Below the pieces are notes generated by a model. That model was given only the letters and a program-made list of their open reading frames with translations. It ran no database searches and was not told where the DNA came from. From Trueperaceae bacterium (GTDB lineage: Bacteria > Deinococcota > Deinococci > Deinococcales > Trueperaceae): a stretch of DNA of 64,000 bases. The DNA is taken from the NCBI GenBank assembly GCA_034520945.1, contig JAXHNB010000001.1, positions 64,001 through 128,000 on the forward strand, given 5' to 3'. Below, piece after piece: positions 21,680-31,300 of the stretch. The number at the start of each line of letters is the position of its first letter. Position 1 is the stretch's first letter. The position numbers and the translations under genes are program-made.

Positions 21680-23244
21680 GCCGGCGCCCACGCCTCGGCG
21701 TCGCGCCCGCTCGCCACGGGGATGCGTGCCTCGATGCGGGTCCCGTCCCCACCCACGCGCGTGTCGATGTCGATACGGCCACCGAGCGCCTCGGCCCGCT
21801 CGCGCATCGAGGCGAGGCCTACGCCGCGGTCGCGCGTGCGCGCCACGTCGAAACCGCGACCGTCGTCCGCCACGCGCAACACCCAGGCCGCGTCGGTGCG
21901 GTGCAGGCTGAGCGTGACGCGCGTGGCACGGGCGTGACGCACGGCGTTGGCGAGGGCCTCCTGCGCGATGCGGTACAGCGCCGCGCTCCGCTCCGGCGTC
22001 GGCGACGCGCCGGCATCGACGTCCAGGTCCACCCGGGGACCGCCCGACTCGGCGAAGGTCTCGGCCAGTTCGTGCAAGGCCTGGCCCAAGGGGCGCGGGT
22101 CGAGCGTGGGCGGACGAAGCTGGTAGATGAGGTCGCTCAGTTCCTGTTGGGCCTGGCGCACCAGCGCCTCCGCCGCGGCGACGTGCGAGGCGGCCGCGTC
22201 GCCCCGTGCCGCGCGGGCCGAACCCAGCCGCATGCTGGCCGCGAACACCTGTTGCTTGACGCTGTCGTGCAGCTCGCGTGCGATGCGGGTCCGCTCGCGC
22301 GTGCCGGCCAGGGCCTGCCGGGCGCGCACCAACTCGCGCAGCTCTTCGGCCATGTGGTCCAGCCTGCGCGAGAGGCGGCCGAGCTCGTCGTTGCTGGAAT
22401 CGTTCACCGCCCGCGCGAAGTCCCCTCTGCCCCAGGCGTCGGCGGCGCCGGAGAGCGCCTCGATCCGTCGCACCAGGGGGCGGGAGGCGTACAGGCCGAA
22501 GACCGTGCCGATCAGCACCACCAGCACCGTGGCGACCGCCAGCACCGACAGGCCGAACGCCAGCAGCCCGGGCGTGGCCGGAAGCAGGGTGGACACCAAC
22601 AGCAGCGCACCGCGCGTGCGACCGTCCTCGCCGACGAGGGGGTGGGCGGAGGAGGTGTGCAGCAGCCCGCGGCGACGCGCGGGCTCTCCGCCGTCCAAGG
22701 TGCGCTGAACCAACGCGCGGTCGGGGCCTTCCAATCGTTCGGGCAGGTCCTGAAACCGGCGGGTCCCGGCCGCCCCCGCGTCGTCGCCCCCTTCGGGCGC
22801 GACGCGGTTGTCGAACCACACGCCACCCTCGCCGTCGGTGACGACCGTGTACCCCTTCGAGCCCTTGGGCACCATGACGCCGAGGGGCGGCTGCTCGCTG
22901 CGGAGGCTGGTCGGACGCTCCAGGTACGCCAGCAGGGCGTCGCCGTCGACGCCCGCCGCGAGCAGGTCGCTGGCGACGGGCGACAGCTGCTCCGCCACCT
23001 CGGTGTGGTTCTGTTGAACGGCGTACAGCACGGCCTGCGTCAGGACCACCAGGCCGACGAGCTCCACGATCATTACCGCGACCAGCGTCACCCGCATGTA
23101 GGTCGTGCCCAACCACCAGCGAAGCGAGCCGACCCGGCGCCACGGCCACCACCGCCGGACGCGGGGCAGCGGCGGCGTCCACTCGTTGGACCCGGTGCGC
23201 TGCGGGTGCGCGCCGGCCGGCGACGGCGGGATCGAGTCGGCCAT
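21676..23244 (-). CDS. Membrane sensor histidine kinase (HAMP, HisKA_3, HATPase)
   Basis: ERTRIARELHDSVKQ, QEALANAVRHA, DDGRGF, GLASMRERA. Confidence 0.92.
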   Translation of the reverse strand: MADSIPPSPAGAHPQRTGSNEWTPPLPRVRRWWPWRRVGSLRWWLGTTYMRVTLVAVMIVELVGLVVLTQAVLYAVQQNHTEVAEQLSPVASDLLAAGVDGDALLAYLERPTSLRSEQPPLGVMVPKGSKGYTVVTDGEGGVWFDNRVAPEGGDDAGAAGTRRFQDLPERLEGPDRALVQRTLDGGEPARRRGLLHTSSAHPLVGEDGRTRGALLLVSTLLPATPGLLAFGLSVLAVATVLVVLIGTVFGLYASRPLVRRIEALSGAADAWGRGDFARAVNDSSNDELGRLSRRLDHMAEELRELVRARQALAGTRERTRIARELHDSVKQQVFAASMRLGSARAARGDAAASHVAAAEALVRQAQQELSDLIYQLRPPTLDPRPLGQALHELAETFAESGGPRVDLDVDAGASPTPERSAALYRIAQEALANAVRHARATRVTLSLHRTDAAWVLRVADDGRGFDVARTRDRGVGLASMRERAEALGGRIDIDTRVGGDGTRIEARIPVASGRDAEAWAPA

Positions 23245-23520
23245 CCGCTCAGTCTAGCAACGGCCGTTTCGGGCTGGACACGGCCTCGCGTCGGGGGTGC
23301 AGGCGGGACCCGAGACGGGGCATCTGACCGGCTGGGGCCGGGGGGGCGATGCGCGACGCGCGCGGACGGAGCGGGCCGCGCGGCGGGGTGCGGCCTGCGC
23401 CCGAGGTGCCGTCCACGACGGGCCTGCGGACCGATGCGCCGAAGGGGGTCGCGGACCTATCCTCATCTCACGCCGCCAAGGGCAACGTCCCGGCGGTAGG
23501 GAGATAGGGGAGGTACAGAC

Positions 23521-24036
23521 ATGACGCACATTCGTACGCTGGTTCTGTCGCTGGTCGCCTTCACGCTGGTGCTCGGCACCGCCGTGGCGGCCGGGGTCGC
23601 CTTCGATGCGCGGAGCTTCGACGCCTACTTGGAGGACAACGACGAGGGCTACGTCGACATCGTCAAGGTCGGCGACGTGCTGACGGTCATCTTCGACGAG
23701 GAGATGGGCAGTCTGCCCGCCACTATGGAGGGCGCGACCCTGCCGGTGGACGAGGACTTCGACGAGTTCCGCCTTCTGAGGGACACGGCGTTGGCGCTGT
23801 ACGGCGGGCTGCCGGTCGAGACCTCGACGACGACCGTTCTGGTCGAAGTCGATGGCGATGCGGACGTCATCCACGATGCGCTTCTGGCCCGCCTGAACAC
23901 GCTGGGCGTGACGGTCGAGCCCGAGCATCTCGCGGGTCCGATCCGCAGCTACGATCTGAGCGACGGTGACGCCTCCTGGCGGCTGGCGTTCACCGATACC
24001 GCGGACGGCGGCGTGATTCACCTGCAGGCCTTCTGA
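23521..24036 (+). CDS. Hypothetical secreted acidic protein
   Basis: GGGGAGGT RBS, signal peptide, divergent from the two-component system. Confidence 0.75.
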   Translation: MTHIRTLVLSLVAFTLVLGTAVAAGVAFDARSFDAYLEDNDEGYVDIVKVGDVLTVIFDEEMGSLPATMEGATLPVDEDFDEFRLLRDTALALYGGLPVETSTTTVLVEVDGDADVIHDALLARLNTLGVTVEPEHLAGPIRSYDLSDGDASWRLAFTDTADGGVIHLQAF

Positions 24037-24062
24037 GCCCGACACCGACGCCATGCACGACC

Positions 24063-24089
24063 CGAAGGGCCCCGCGCAGGGGCCCTTCG
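24063..24089 (+). terminator. GC-rich hairpin after the secreted protein gene
   Basis: CGAAGGGCCCC-GCGCA-GGGGCCCTTCG perfect 11-bp stem; no U-tract. Confidence 0.55.
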
Positions 24090-24191
24090 CGCGTCGGGCT
24101 ACTGCTGCGCCCGGCCCGCGTGCGCCGGCGCCGTGCGACCGGTTCCAACGTGCGACCCGCGAAGCGTGGCCGGCCGGGCTATCATGCCGCC

Positions 24192-24893
24192 ATGTTCGAG
24201 ATCATTCCCGCCGTGGACGTGCAGGACGGCCGAGCGGTCCGCCTGTTCGAGGGCGACCCCGACCGGGAGACGGTGTACTTCGAGACACCGCTGGAGGCGG
24301 CGCGTCACTGGGCGGAGCTCGGGGCGCGCACGCTGCACCTGGTGGACCTGGACGCCGCGCTGGGACGGGGCGACAATCGCGCCGCCATCGAGCGCATCGC
24401 GCGGGAGCTTCCCCTCCGCACCGAGGTCGGCGGGGGGGTGCGCAGCGAGGAGGCGGCCCGGGGTTGGCTCGAGGTGGTGGACCGGGTCGTGCTCGGCACC
24501 GTGGCGGTGGAGCGCCCCGACGTCGTCGACGCGCTGTTGCTGGCGTTCGGCCCGTCGCGGGTGGTGGTGTCGGTGGACGCGAAGGACGGCCGGGTGGCGG
24601 TCCGGGGCTGGCGCGAGGTGACCGAGCTCTCCGCCGTCGAGCTGGCGGAGCGCGTGGCACGCCAAGGGGTCCGCGAGTTGATCTACACCGACGTGGGACG
24701 GGACGGCACCATGCGGGGCGTCGACGCCGAACCGGTCGCGCGCCTGCGAGACGCCTTCCCGCACCGCCTGGTCGCGGGCGGCGGCGTGGCCCGGGACGAG
24801 GACCTGGACACCTACGAGCGCTTGGGCCTGGACGGCGCGATCGTCGGTCGGGCCTTGTACGAGGGAACGGTCCGCTATCCCCGAACTGCCTGA
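24192..24893 (+). CDS. hisA: ProFAR isomerase HisA
   Basis: MFEIIPAVD, HLVDLD, VGGGVR, TDVGRDGT, GRALY. Confidence 0.93.
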   Translation: MFEIIPAVDVQDGRAVRLFEGDPDRETVYFETPLEAARHWAELGARTLHLVDLDAALGRGDNRAAIERIARELPLRTEVGGGVRSEEAARGWLEVVDRVVLGTVAVERPDVVDALLLAFGPSRVVVSVDAKDGRVAVRGWREVTELSAVELAERVARQGVRELIYTDVGRDGTMRGVDAEPVARLRDAFPHRLVAGGGVARDEDLDTYERLGLDGAIVGRALYEGTVRYPRTA

Positions 24894-25749
24894 GGTCGAG
24901 ACCGTCCGGCGCGAACTGGCGCCGTGGTTGCGCGGACGGACCATCGTGCAGGCGGAACGGGTCGGCGCCCCGCCGGGCCCCAAGTACGCCCACCTGGAGG
25001 AGGCCGCGGGCCAGCGGATTCGGGGCGTGCGTAGGCGCGGAAAGTTTCTGCTGCTTCCGCTGCAGGGCGGCGCACGGCCGGGCGACGTGTTGGTGATCCA
25101 CCTCGGCATGACCGGCCGCCTGAGCGCCCGCGCGCCCGAAGGGTACGAGCGCGCGCGCCTCACGTTCCAGGAGGGGCCCGACCCGGTGCTGCACTTCCAG
25201 GACGTGCGGCGGTTCGGGCGTTTCCTGCTCTTGCCCGGCGGGGACCCCGCGGGATTGCCCACCCTGGCGGCGATGGGCCCGGAGCCGATGTCGCGCGCCT
25301 TCGACGCGGCCGCGTTCGCCCGGTCCCTGCAGCGCAGCCGAACGGCGGTCAAGACCTACCTGTTGAGCCAACGGCCGGTCGCGGGGGTCGGGAACATCTA
25401 CGCCGACGAGGCGTTGTGGCGGGCCGGCATCCATCCGGCCACGCCGGCGCGGTGCGTGAGCGGCGCACAGGCGGCGGCGCTCCGCGAGGCGATCCGCGCC
25501 GTGCTGAGAAACGCGATCCGTGCGCAGGGCACCACCCTGAACGACTACCGCACGGTGAACGGCGCGCTCGGCGCGTACGCGGCGGCGCTGAGCGCGTACG
25601 GCCACGCCGGCGACGCCTGTCCGCGCTGCGGCGGCACCATGGAACGCATGGTGCTGGGCGGTCGGGGCACCCACCTGTGCCCGCGCTGCCAGCCTGCATC
25701 CGCGGGGCCCGCCACGCCTCTTGGCCCGAGCGGTAGGCTCACGCCATGA
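24877..25749 (+). CDS. mutM: Formamidopyrimidine-DNA glycosylase, apparent ATC start
   Basis: ATC-CCC-GAA-CTG-CCT-GAG-GTC-GAG gives (M)PELPEVE; RRGKFL, HLGMTG, DVRRFG, GNIYADE, CPRC..CPRCQ zinc finger. Confidence 0.93.
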   Translation: MPELPEVETVRRELAPWLRGRTIVQAERVGAPPGPKYAHLEEAAGQRIRGVRRRGKFLLLPLQGGARPGDVLVIHLGMTGRLSARAPEGYERARLTFQEGPDPVLHFQDVRRFGRFLLLPGGDPAGLPTLAAMGPEPMSRAFDAAAFARSLQRSRTAVKTYLLSQRPVAGVGNIYADEALWRAGIHPATPARCVSGAQAAALREAIRAVLRNAIRAQGTTLNDYRTVNGALGAYAAALSAYGHAGDACPRCGGTMERMVLGGRGTHLCPRCQPASAGPATPLGPSGRLTP

Positions 25750-26192
25750 CCGCCCGTGACGACCCTGGCGGCGCGGACGGCCGCGGCCCCACGGGGCGTA
25801 CGCACCGTACGCCGATCCAGCTGCGCTTTCGAGACACCGACATGTTCGGTCACGTCAACAACGCCGTGTACGCCACCTGGGCCGAGATCGCCCGTATCTC
25901 CTTTCTGCGGAACCTCGATCCGCCCTCGGGCGACCTGATCCTGGCGCGGATCGAGCTGGATTTCTTGGCGCAGATCTCGTTCGGGCAGCAGATCGAGGTG
26001 CATTCGAAGGTGGTGCGCGTCGGCCGCACCAGCGTCACGCTGGATCAGACGGTCCTGGCGGACGAGGCCGAGGCCGCACGGATCGGCAGCGTGGTGGTGT
26101 TGTACGACTACGCGCACATGCGGGCGCGCCCGGTGACGGATGCCTACCGCGCCGCGCTACGGCCGTACCTGATCGATCCCACGGGGGGCTAA
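25746..26192 (+). CDS. Acyl-CoA thioesterase (4HBT/hotdog)
   Basis: RFRDTDMFGHVNNAVY. Confidence 0.88.
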   Translation: MTARDDPGGADGRGPTGRTHRTPIQLRFRDTDMFGHVNNAVYATWAEIARISFLRNLDPPSGDLILARIELDFLAQISFGQQIEVHSKVVRVGRTSVTLDQTVLADEAEAARIGSVVVLYDYAHMRARPVTDAYRAALRPYLIDPTGG

Positions 26193-26525
26193 CGCCCACG
26201 CCACACCGGCCATTGCCGGGGCTGCGCCGGACGGAGGCGTAGCGGGGTAGGGCGCGGCCGGTCCGCCCTCGGGCGCCGTGCCGGACCCACGCGGCTCGCG
26301 TCCCGTCGGTGCGAATGCGTGCGGCGACGGCTTCCTATCCTACGAGGGCGCCGGACATCCGGCGCCGACCCATCCCGCCGGGCGGCGTGCACGTCCTCCC
26401 CGCGCGTGTGCCGCCGCCCGGTCCCCGCCCCGCCCGCCGAGCCGGCCGACTGCCCGATGCGCCGGCTCGGACGGTCGGGCGCTCGCTGGGGCCGCCCCGC
26501 CGCTATGGGGCGGAAATGCCGGCGT

Positions 26526-27788
26526 CTACGCCGCAGAGGGTTCGGCCTCGCCCAGGCGTTCCACGTCGAAGCCGCGCTGAAGCTGCGGGTGCATGCCCGG
26601 CCATCCCTCGGGGTGGTGCCGCATCCAGCGGCCGTCGGGCTGCCCGGGACCGGCGCCGAGGAAGGCCACCGTGAAGTGCCGCACCAGGTCGCCGACCCGC
26701 CGCGGGTCCCACACGCCGTCGGCGTACCGCAGGTAGGCGTGCGGCCGCGCGGCCCGGTACGCGGCGGACGGCGGCGGGTCGGGCGCCACCACGTGCCCCG
26801 CGCCGGCCAGGGTGAGCAACCATCGTTCCGTCCCGCGCAGCCCCTCGTGAATCCGGCGCACCCCGTCTCGGTAGCCGCTCACCGTGTCCCGGTCTCCGCA
26901 GGCGCACAGGACCGGCACGCGCACATCGTCGAGGCTGGACCGTGCGATCGCCGCCCGGCCGCCCCATGGCGCCAGCGCCACCACCGCCCCGATCCGGGCC
27001 GCGAAGGCGTCCAACGCCGCGCCGTGCCGCCCCTCCTGCACCGGCCGCAGCGTCTCGCTCCAGGTGGGCGGCACGTTCTCCTCGCGCGCCAACGCCTCGG
27101 CGTCCAGCCGCGCACCGGCCGCCAGCAGCGCACCGTAGCCGCCCATCGAGTAGCCGATCAGCGCCCGCGGGCCGTCGTCGACGGCGGCGAAGAGGGCGGG
27201 ATCGGCCTCCGCGAGGCCGTCCTCCAGCCAGCCCAGCAGGAACAGCAGGTCGCGCGGCCGGTGCAACAGCGAATCCACCACAGCCGCCGCGTCGGTGTGC
27301 GTGCTGCGCTCGTGGTCCGCCGCCAGCACGATCCAGCCACGGCTGGCCAACGGCTCCGCCAGGTGCGTCATCATCGTCCGCGAGCCCGGATGCCCATGCG
27401 CCAGCAGCACCACGGGGTGGGTCCCCTCCGCCACCGCCGCGTCGCGGACGCCGCGCCCCCGGAAGGCGAACGGGACCGGGGCCTCGCCCTCCAGCGCGGG
27501 CAGCGCGTCGTGATGCAGGCAGGTTCCACGCGCCGGGCTGGGGTACCACGCCTCGAGCACCAACACGCGGTCGCGGCGTCCGCCCTGGACCGGGTCGGGC
27601 TGGTCCCGGTGTCGCGCGCGCAGGGTCCGCACGCCGACGCCGTGCATGCCGCGATACGCCAGGTCGGGGGCGCCCGGCAGCGGATCGCCGGGCAGCAGCG
27701 CCAAGGGCGCGTCCACCGCCGCGGCCGGGTCACCGGCGTGCGACGGCTCCCACCGGAGCGCCCCCTCCTCGTTCGGATCGGTGCTCAT
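26526..27788 (-). CDS. Alpha/beta hydrolase (dienelactone hydrolase/PAF-AH-like)
   Basis: WYP, LAHGHPG, GYSMGG nucleophile elbow, GDRD, AGH. ATG 27788 chosen from its -10 box. Confidence 0.8.
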   Translation of the reverse strand: MSTDPNEEGALRWEPSHAGDPAAAVDAPLALLPGDPLPGAPDLAYRGMHGVGVRTLRARHRDQPDPVQGGRRDRVLVLEAWYPSPARGTCLHHDALPALEGEAPVPFAFRGRGVRDAAVAEGTHPVVLLAHGHPGSRTMMTHLAEPLASRGWIVLAADHERSTHTDAAAVVDSLLHRPRDLLFLLGWLEDGLAEADPALFAAVDDGPRALIGYSMGGYGALLAAGARLDAEALAREENVPPTWSETLRPVQEGRHGAALDAFAARIGAVVALAPWGGRAAIARSSLDDVRVPVLCACGDRDTVSGYRDGVRRIHEGLRGTERWLLTLAGAGHVVAPDPPPSAAYRAARPHAYLRYADGVWDPRRVGDLVRHFTVAFLGAGPGQPDGRWMRHHPEGWPGMHPQLQRGFDVERLGEAEPSAA

Positions 27789-27811
27789 GCGGTTCACGCT
27801 ACCCTTCCGGT

Positions 27812-28030
27812 ATGGACGGTACCGAACTGTGGGTTCGACGGCCCGGCTCGCCCGAGGCCCTGCGCCTGTTCGTCGGGCGGATGGAGGGGCACGAAGGCCC
27901 CGTGCTCGCGCTGATCACCGAGTCGGGCCCGAAGCTGCTGGCGGTGGTGCTGGACGACGATGCCGAGATCGCCCTGTCGGAGCTTCTGGCCGAGCTCCCC
28001 GGCTCCGCGTTGGAGGTGCGTAGCGCCTAG
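27812..28030 (+). CDS. Small hypothetical protein
   Basis: 72 aa MDGTELWVRR...; TACCCT 6 nt upstream of ATG. Confidence 0.6.
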   Translation: MDGTELWVRRPGSPEALRLFVGRMEGHEGPVLALITESGPKLLAVVLDDDAEIALSELLAELPGSALEVRSA

Positions 28031-28144
28031 CGACGATGGGTCGCGCCGGCACGCCCCCGCGTCCCGGCGCGGCGGCGTGCCGGTATGCTGCCCCGGAACA
28101 CGCCCCCGACACCGCAACGAGACCGCGACGAAAAGGAGACCCCC

Positions 28145-28933
28145 ATGGACCTCGGACTGAAGGACAAGCGTGCCCTGGTACTGGCCGCCAGCAGCGGCCT
28201 GGGCCGCGCGACGGCCACCGAACTCGCCCGCGAGGGCGCCCGCGTGGCGCTGTGCAGCCGCGACGCCGGCCGCGCCGCCGACGCCGCCCGCGACATCGCG
28301 GCGGAGACGGGCGCCGAGGTGCACGGCTTCGCCTGCGACGTGGCCGACGCCGCGTCGTTGGCCACGCTGTTCGAAGAGGCGACCGGCGCCCTGGGCGGAC
28401 TGGACGTGCTGGTGACGAACGCAGGTGGGCCACCCGTCGGCAACTTCGAGGGCGCGGACGAGGCGGCGTGGGACCGTACCTATCAGTTGACGCTGCAGAG
28501 CGTGGTGCGCGCGGTCCGCCACGCCGTTCCGCACTTCCGGCAGGCGGGCGGCGGCGCGATCCTCGCGCTGGCCAGCAGCAGCGTGGTGCAGCCCATCCCG
28601 AACCTGCTGATGTCGAACGTGTTCCGCCCCGCCGTGCGGGCGTTGTGCAAGCACCTGTCCGAAGAGCTGGCCGGCGACGGCATTCGCGTCAACGTCCTGT
28701 CGCCGGGCCGGGTGCATACGGAACGGACCGAGCAGCTGGACGCGAACCGCGCCGAGCGGAGCGGCCGGACGGTCGAGGAGGTGCGCGCCGACACGATCGC
28801 CCGGATTCCCCTGGGCCGGCTGGGCCGCCCCGAGGAGTTCGGCCGCGTCGCGGCGTTCCTGGTCTCGGACGCCGCCTCCTACCTGAACGGCATCCACGTG
28901 CTGGCGGACGGCGGGATGGTGCGGGCGCTCTAG
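28145..28933 (+). CDS. SDR-family oxidoreductase
   Basis: MDLGLKDKRALVLAASSGLG, TNAGGPP, IPLGRLG; AAGGAG RBS. Confidence 0.9.
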   Translation: MDLGLKDKRALVLAASSGLGRATATELAREGARVALCSRDAGRAADAARDIAAETGAEVHGFACDVADAASLATLFEEATGALGGLDVLVTNAGGPPVGNFEGADEAAWDRTYQLTLQSVVRAVRHAVPHFRQAGGGAILALASSSVVQPIPNLLMSNVFRPAVRALCKHLSEELAGDGIRVNVLSPGRVHTERTEQLDANRAERSGRTVEEVRADTIARIPLGRLGRPEEFGRVAAFLVSDAASYLNGIHVLADGGMVRAL

Positions 28934-29847
28934 GCGCCCATCGCCTCCCGCACGGCCTGCCGGGTGGGCATCGGGGCGACCGCGCCGTGGCCCAGGGTGG
29001 ACAGCGCCGCGGCGACGACCCCCCAGCGGGTGGCGTCGAAGGCGTCGGCGCCGCGCAGGATCTCGGCCAGGAAGGCGCCGTCGAAGGTGTCGCCCGCCGC
29101 CGTCGCGTCCACCGGCGTGACGGGGTGGCCGGGCACGCGCTCGCGGCGCGAAGGGGTGGCCACCAGGGCCCCCTCGGCGCCCAACTTCAGCACCACCGTC
29201 CCGGCGCCCAGCGCCAGCAACGCGTCCGCGGCGGCGTCCGGATCGTCGACGCCCAGCACCTGATACGCATCGTCGGCGCTGGGGAGGCAGTGGTCGACCC
29301 TGGGAATGGTGGCCCGGATGATGGCGCGGGCGCGCGGCAAGGGCCACAACTTGAGGCGCAGGTTCAGGTCGTAGGCGACCTGCGTGCCGTGCTGGCGGGC
29401 GTGGTCGATGGCGGCGAAGGTGGCGTCGCAGCTGCCCGTCGAGATCGCCTGCGTGATGCCGGACAGGTGCAGGATCCGCGCGCCTGCGAGGGCATCGTAG
29501 GGGAGGAGGTCTGGACGCATCCGCGTCGCGGCCGAGGTGCTGCGGAGGTAGGTGAAGTGATGGCCGGCCTCGTCGTAGTCGATGAAGTAGGCGCCGGTCG
29601 GGGCGTGCGCGTCGCGCTGGACCAGGGCGGTGTCGATGCCCTCGCGCCGCCACAGGGCCTCGAAGGCGCCTGCGAAGCCGTCCTCGCCGACGCGCGCCAG
29701 CATGCCCACGGAGGCCTCCTGGCGGGCGGCGGCGACCGCCACGTTGGAGGTGTCCCCGCCGAAGCCCTGCAGGAACAGGGGGCGGTCCGGGTCCTCGAGG
29801 CGCGCGAACTCGACCATCGGTTCGCCGAAGGCGATCAGGTCGCGCAT
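28930..29847 (-). CDS. kdgK: PfkB sugar kinase, 2-keto-3-deoxygluconate kinase-like
   Basis: FGGDTSN, YDLNLRLKLW, DATAAGDTF. Confidence 0.8.
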   Translation of the reverse strand: MRDLIAFGEPMVEFARLEDPDRPLFLQGFGGDTSNVAVAAARQEASVGMLARVGEDGFAGAFEALWRREGIDTALVQRDAHAPTGAYFIDYDEAGHHFTYLRSTSAATRMRPDLLPYDALAGARILHLSGITQAISTGSCDATFAAIDHARQHGTQVAYDLNLRLKLWPLPRARAIIRATIPRVDHCLPSADDAYQVLGVDDPDAAADALLALGAGTVVLKLGAEGALVATPSRRERVPGHPVTPVDATAAGDTFDGAFLAEILRGADAFDATRWGVVAAALSTLGHGAVAPMPTRQAVREAMGA

Positions 29848-30501
29848 CTAGATGCGGTCGTACTTCGCGAGCCCCTCGCGCAGGGAGCCCGTCTCGAGGA
29901 TGAAGCGCGTCTGCTCGGCCTCTTTCCGCTCGATGTCCTCGGCCATCTCCAGAACGCCGTCGACGTGGGCCTGAGGTACCACCACGACGCCGTCGCGGTC
30001 GGCGACGATCAGGTCGCTGGGGTGGACGGTGACGCCGCCGCAGTCGACCGGCACGTCCTTGTCCAGCGTCCGGTAGCGGCCCACGGTGGTGCCGGGGGAC
30101 ACGGTGCGGGCGTACACGGTGAAGTCGAAGTCCCGTTCGATTTCGCTCACGTCCCGTACCCCGGCGTCGAGGACGGCGCCCGCCAGGCGGTTGGCGACGG
30201 CGCCGGCGGTCATCAGGCCGCCCCACACCGCGACGTCGCGTTCGCCGCCCACGCCGATGACCAGCACCGTGCCGGCGTCGGACTCGTCGATCATGTCGAG
30301 GGCGTGCTTGGGAGGCTGCGGCTCCTCGGTGGGGCCCTCCAGCACGGTGGCGGCCGGACCGACGATCTTGTGCGAGCCGGCCCGCGGCTTGATCTCGTAC
30401 TGCATGTAGCCCCGTTGGCCGGCGACCTTATCGACGGCGTCGGCGACGGAGGCGGTGGCGAGTTTGCGGAAGCGTTCGATGATGGTGGAATCGTAGCTCA
30501 T
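29848..30501 (-). CDS. RraA-like / HMG-CHA aldolase family protein
   Basis: AVWGGLMT, VRD, DLIVADRDGVVVVP. Confidence 0.82.
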   Translation of the reverse strand: MSYDSTIIERFRKLATASVADAVDKVAGQRGYMQYEIKPRAGSHKIVGPAATVLEGPTEEPQPPKHALDMIDESDAGTVLVIGVGGERDVAVWGGLMTAGAVANRLAGAVLDAGVRDVSEIERDFDFTVYARTVSPGTTVGRYRTLDKDVPVDCGGVTVHPSDLIVADRDGVVVVPQAHVDGVLEMAEDIERKEAEQTRFILETGSLREGLAKYDRI

Positions 30502-31142
30502 AGGGTCTCCTCGGAATGCGATTCGGGGCGGGGGTGGGCCGCGTCGAGGTAGCGACGGGCGGAGGCTTCGATGGCGGCTCGGTCGGTGCCCTTGCTCAGC
30601 GCGCTCCCGACGCCGACGCTGTGGGCGCCCGCGCCCAAGTGGGCCCGGAGATTGTCCAGGTTCACGCCGCCGGTAGGGATCAGCGGTAGCTCCGGAAACA
30701 CCGCGCCGACCGACTTGACGTGCGCGGGTCCGCCGACGCTGTCGGCGGGGAAAATCTTGATGGCGTCGGCGCCCAGGCCGCGGGCGGTCAGGATCTCGGT
30801 CGGGGTGAGGCCCCCGAGAATGGCGGCCGCCCCACCCTCGTGCGCGGCGGCGGCGACCTCGCCGCAGCCGGCCGGGCTGACGACGAACCGCGCCCCGGCC
30901 TCGGTGGCCCTACGCGCGTCGTGGGCGGTCAGGACCGTGCCGACGCCGACCGTCACCGCCGGGTCGGTGGTGAGGTCGCGGGCGAGATCGGTGGCCCCGG
31001 GCACGGTCATGGTGATCTCGAACACGCGGAACCCGGCGCCGTGCAGCGCCTCGATCACGAGCTCCGCTCGGCGCACGTCGGCCTCGCGGATGACGGGGAT
31101 GATCACGTGCTGGCGCAGGACGTCCAGCACCTCAGCGGCCAT
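30498..31142 (-). CDS. eda: KDPG/KHG aldolase
   Basis: PVIR, FEITM, GVGTV, FVVSP, TPTE, KIFPA, PTGGV. Confidence 0.88.
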   Translation of the reverse strand: MAAEVLDVLRQHVIIPVIREADVRRAELVIEALHGAGFRVFEITMTVPGATDLARDLTTDPAVTVGVGTVLTAHDARRATEAGARFVVSPAGCGEVAAAAHEGGAAAILGGLTPTEILTARGLGADAIKIFPADSVGGPAHVKSVGAVFPELPLIPTGGVNLDNLRAHLGAGAHSVGVGSALSKGTDRAAIEASARRYLDAAHPRPESHSEETL

Positions 31143-31300
31143 AGAAGCGTCCTTTCCCGCCGCCCTCCTTGGGCCGGGCGTGGGGCGTGCCCGGCCCAAG
31201 GAGGGCCGAGCACGCCGGGGGGATGGTGGGGCGGCTCACGGTGTTCGCGGCGCGCGGGCCCGGGTGCCGCCGTCGGCGACGCGGCCCGCGGCCGTCCCCT

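Noticed and set aside
26193..26525. Possible ncRNA in the gap between convergent genes
   Set aside because: Only GC-rich hairpins (e.g. CCGAGCCGGC...GCCGGCTCGG); no recognisable RNA family motif.
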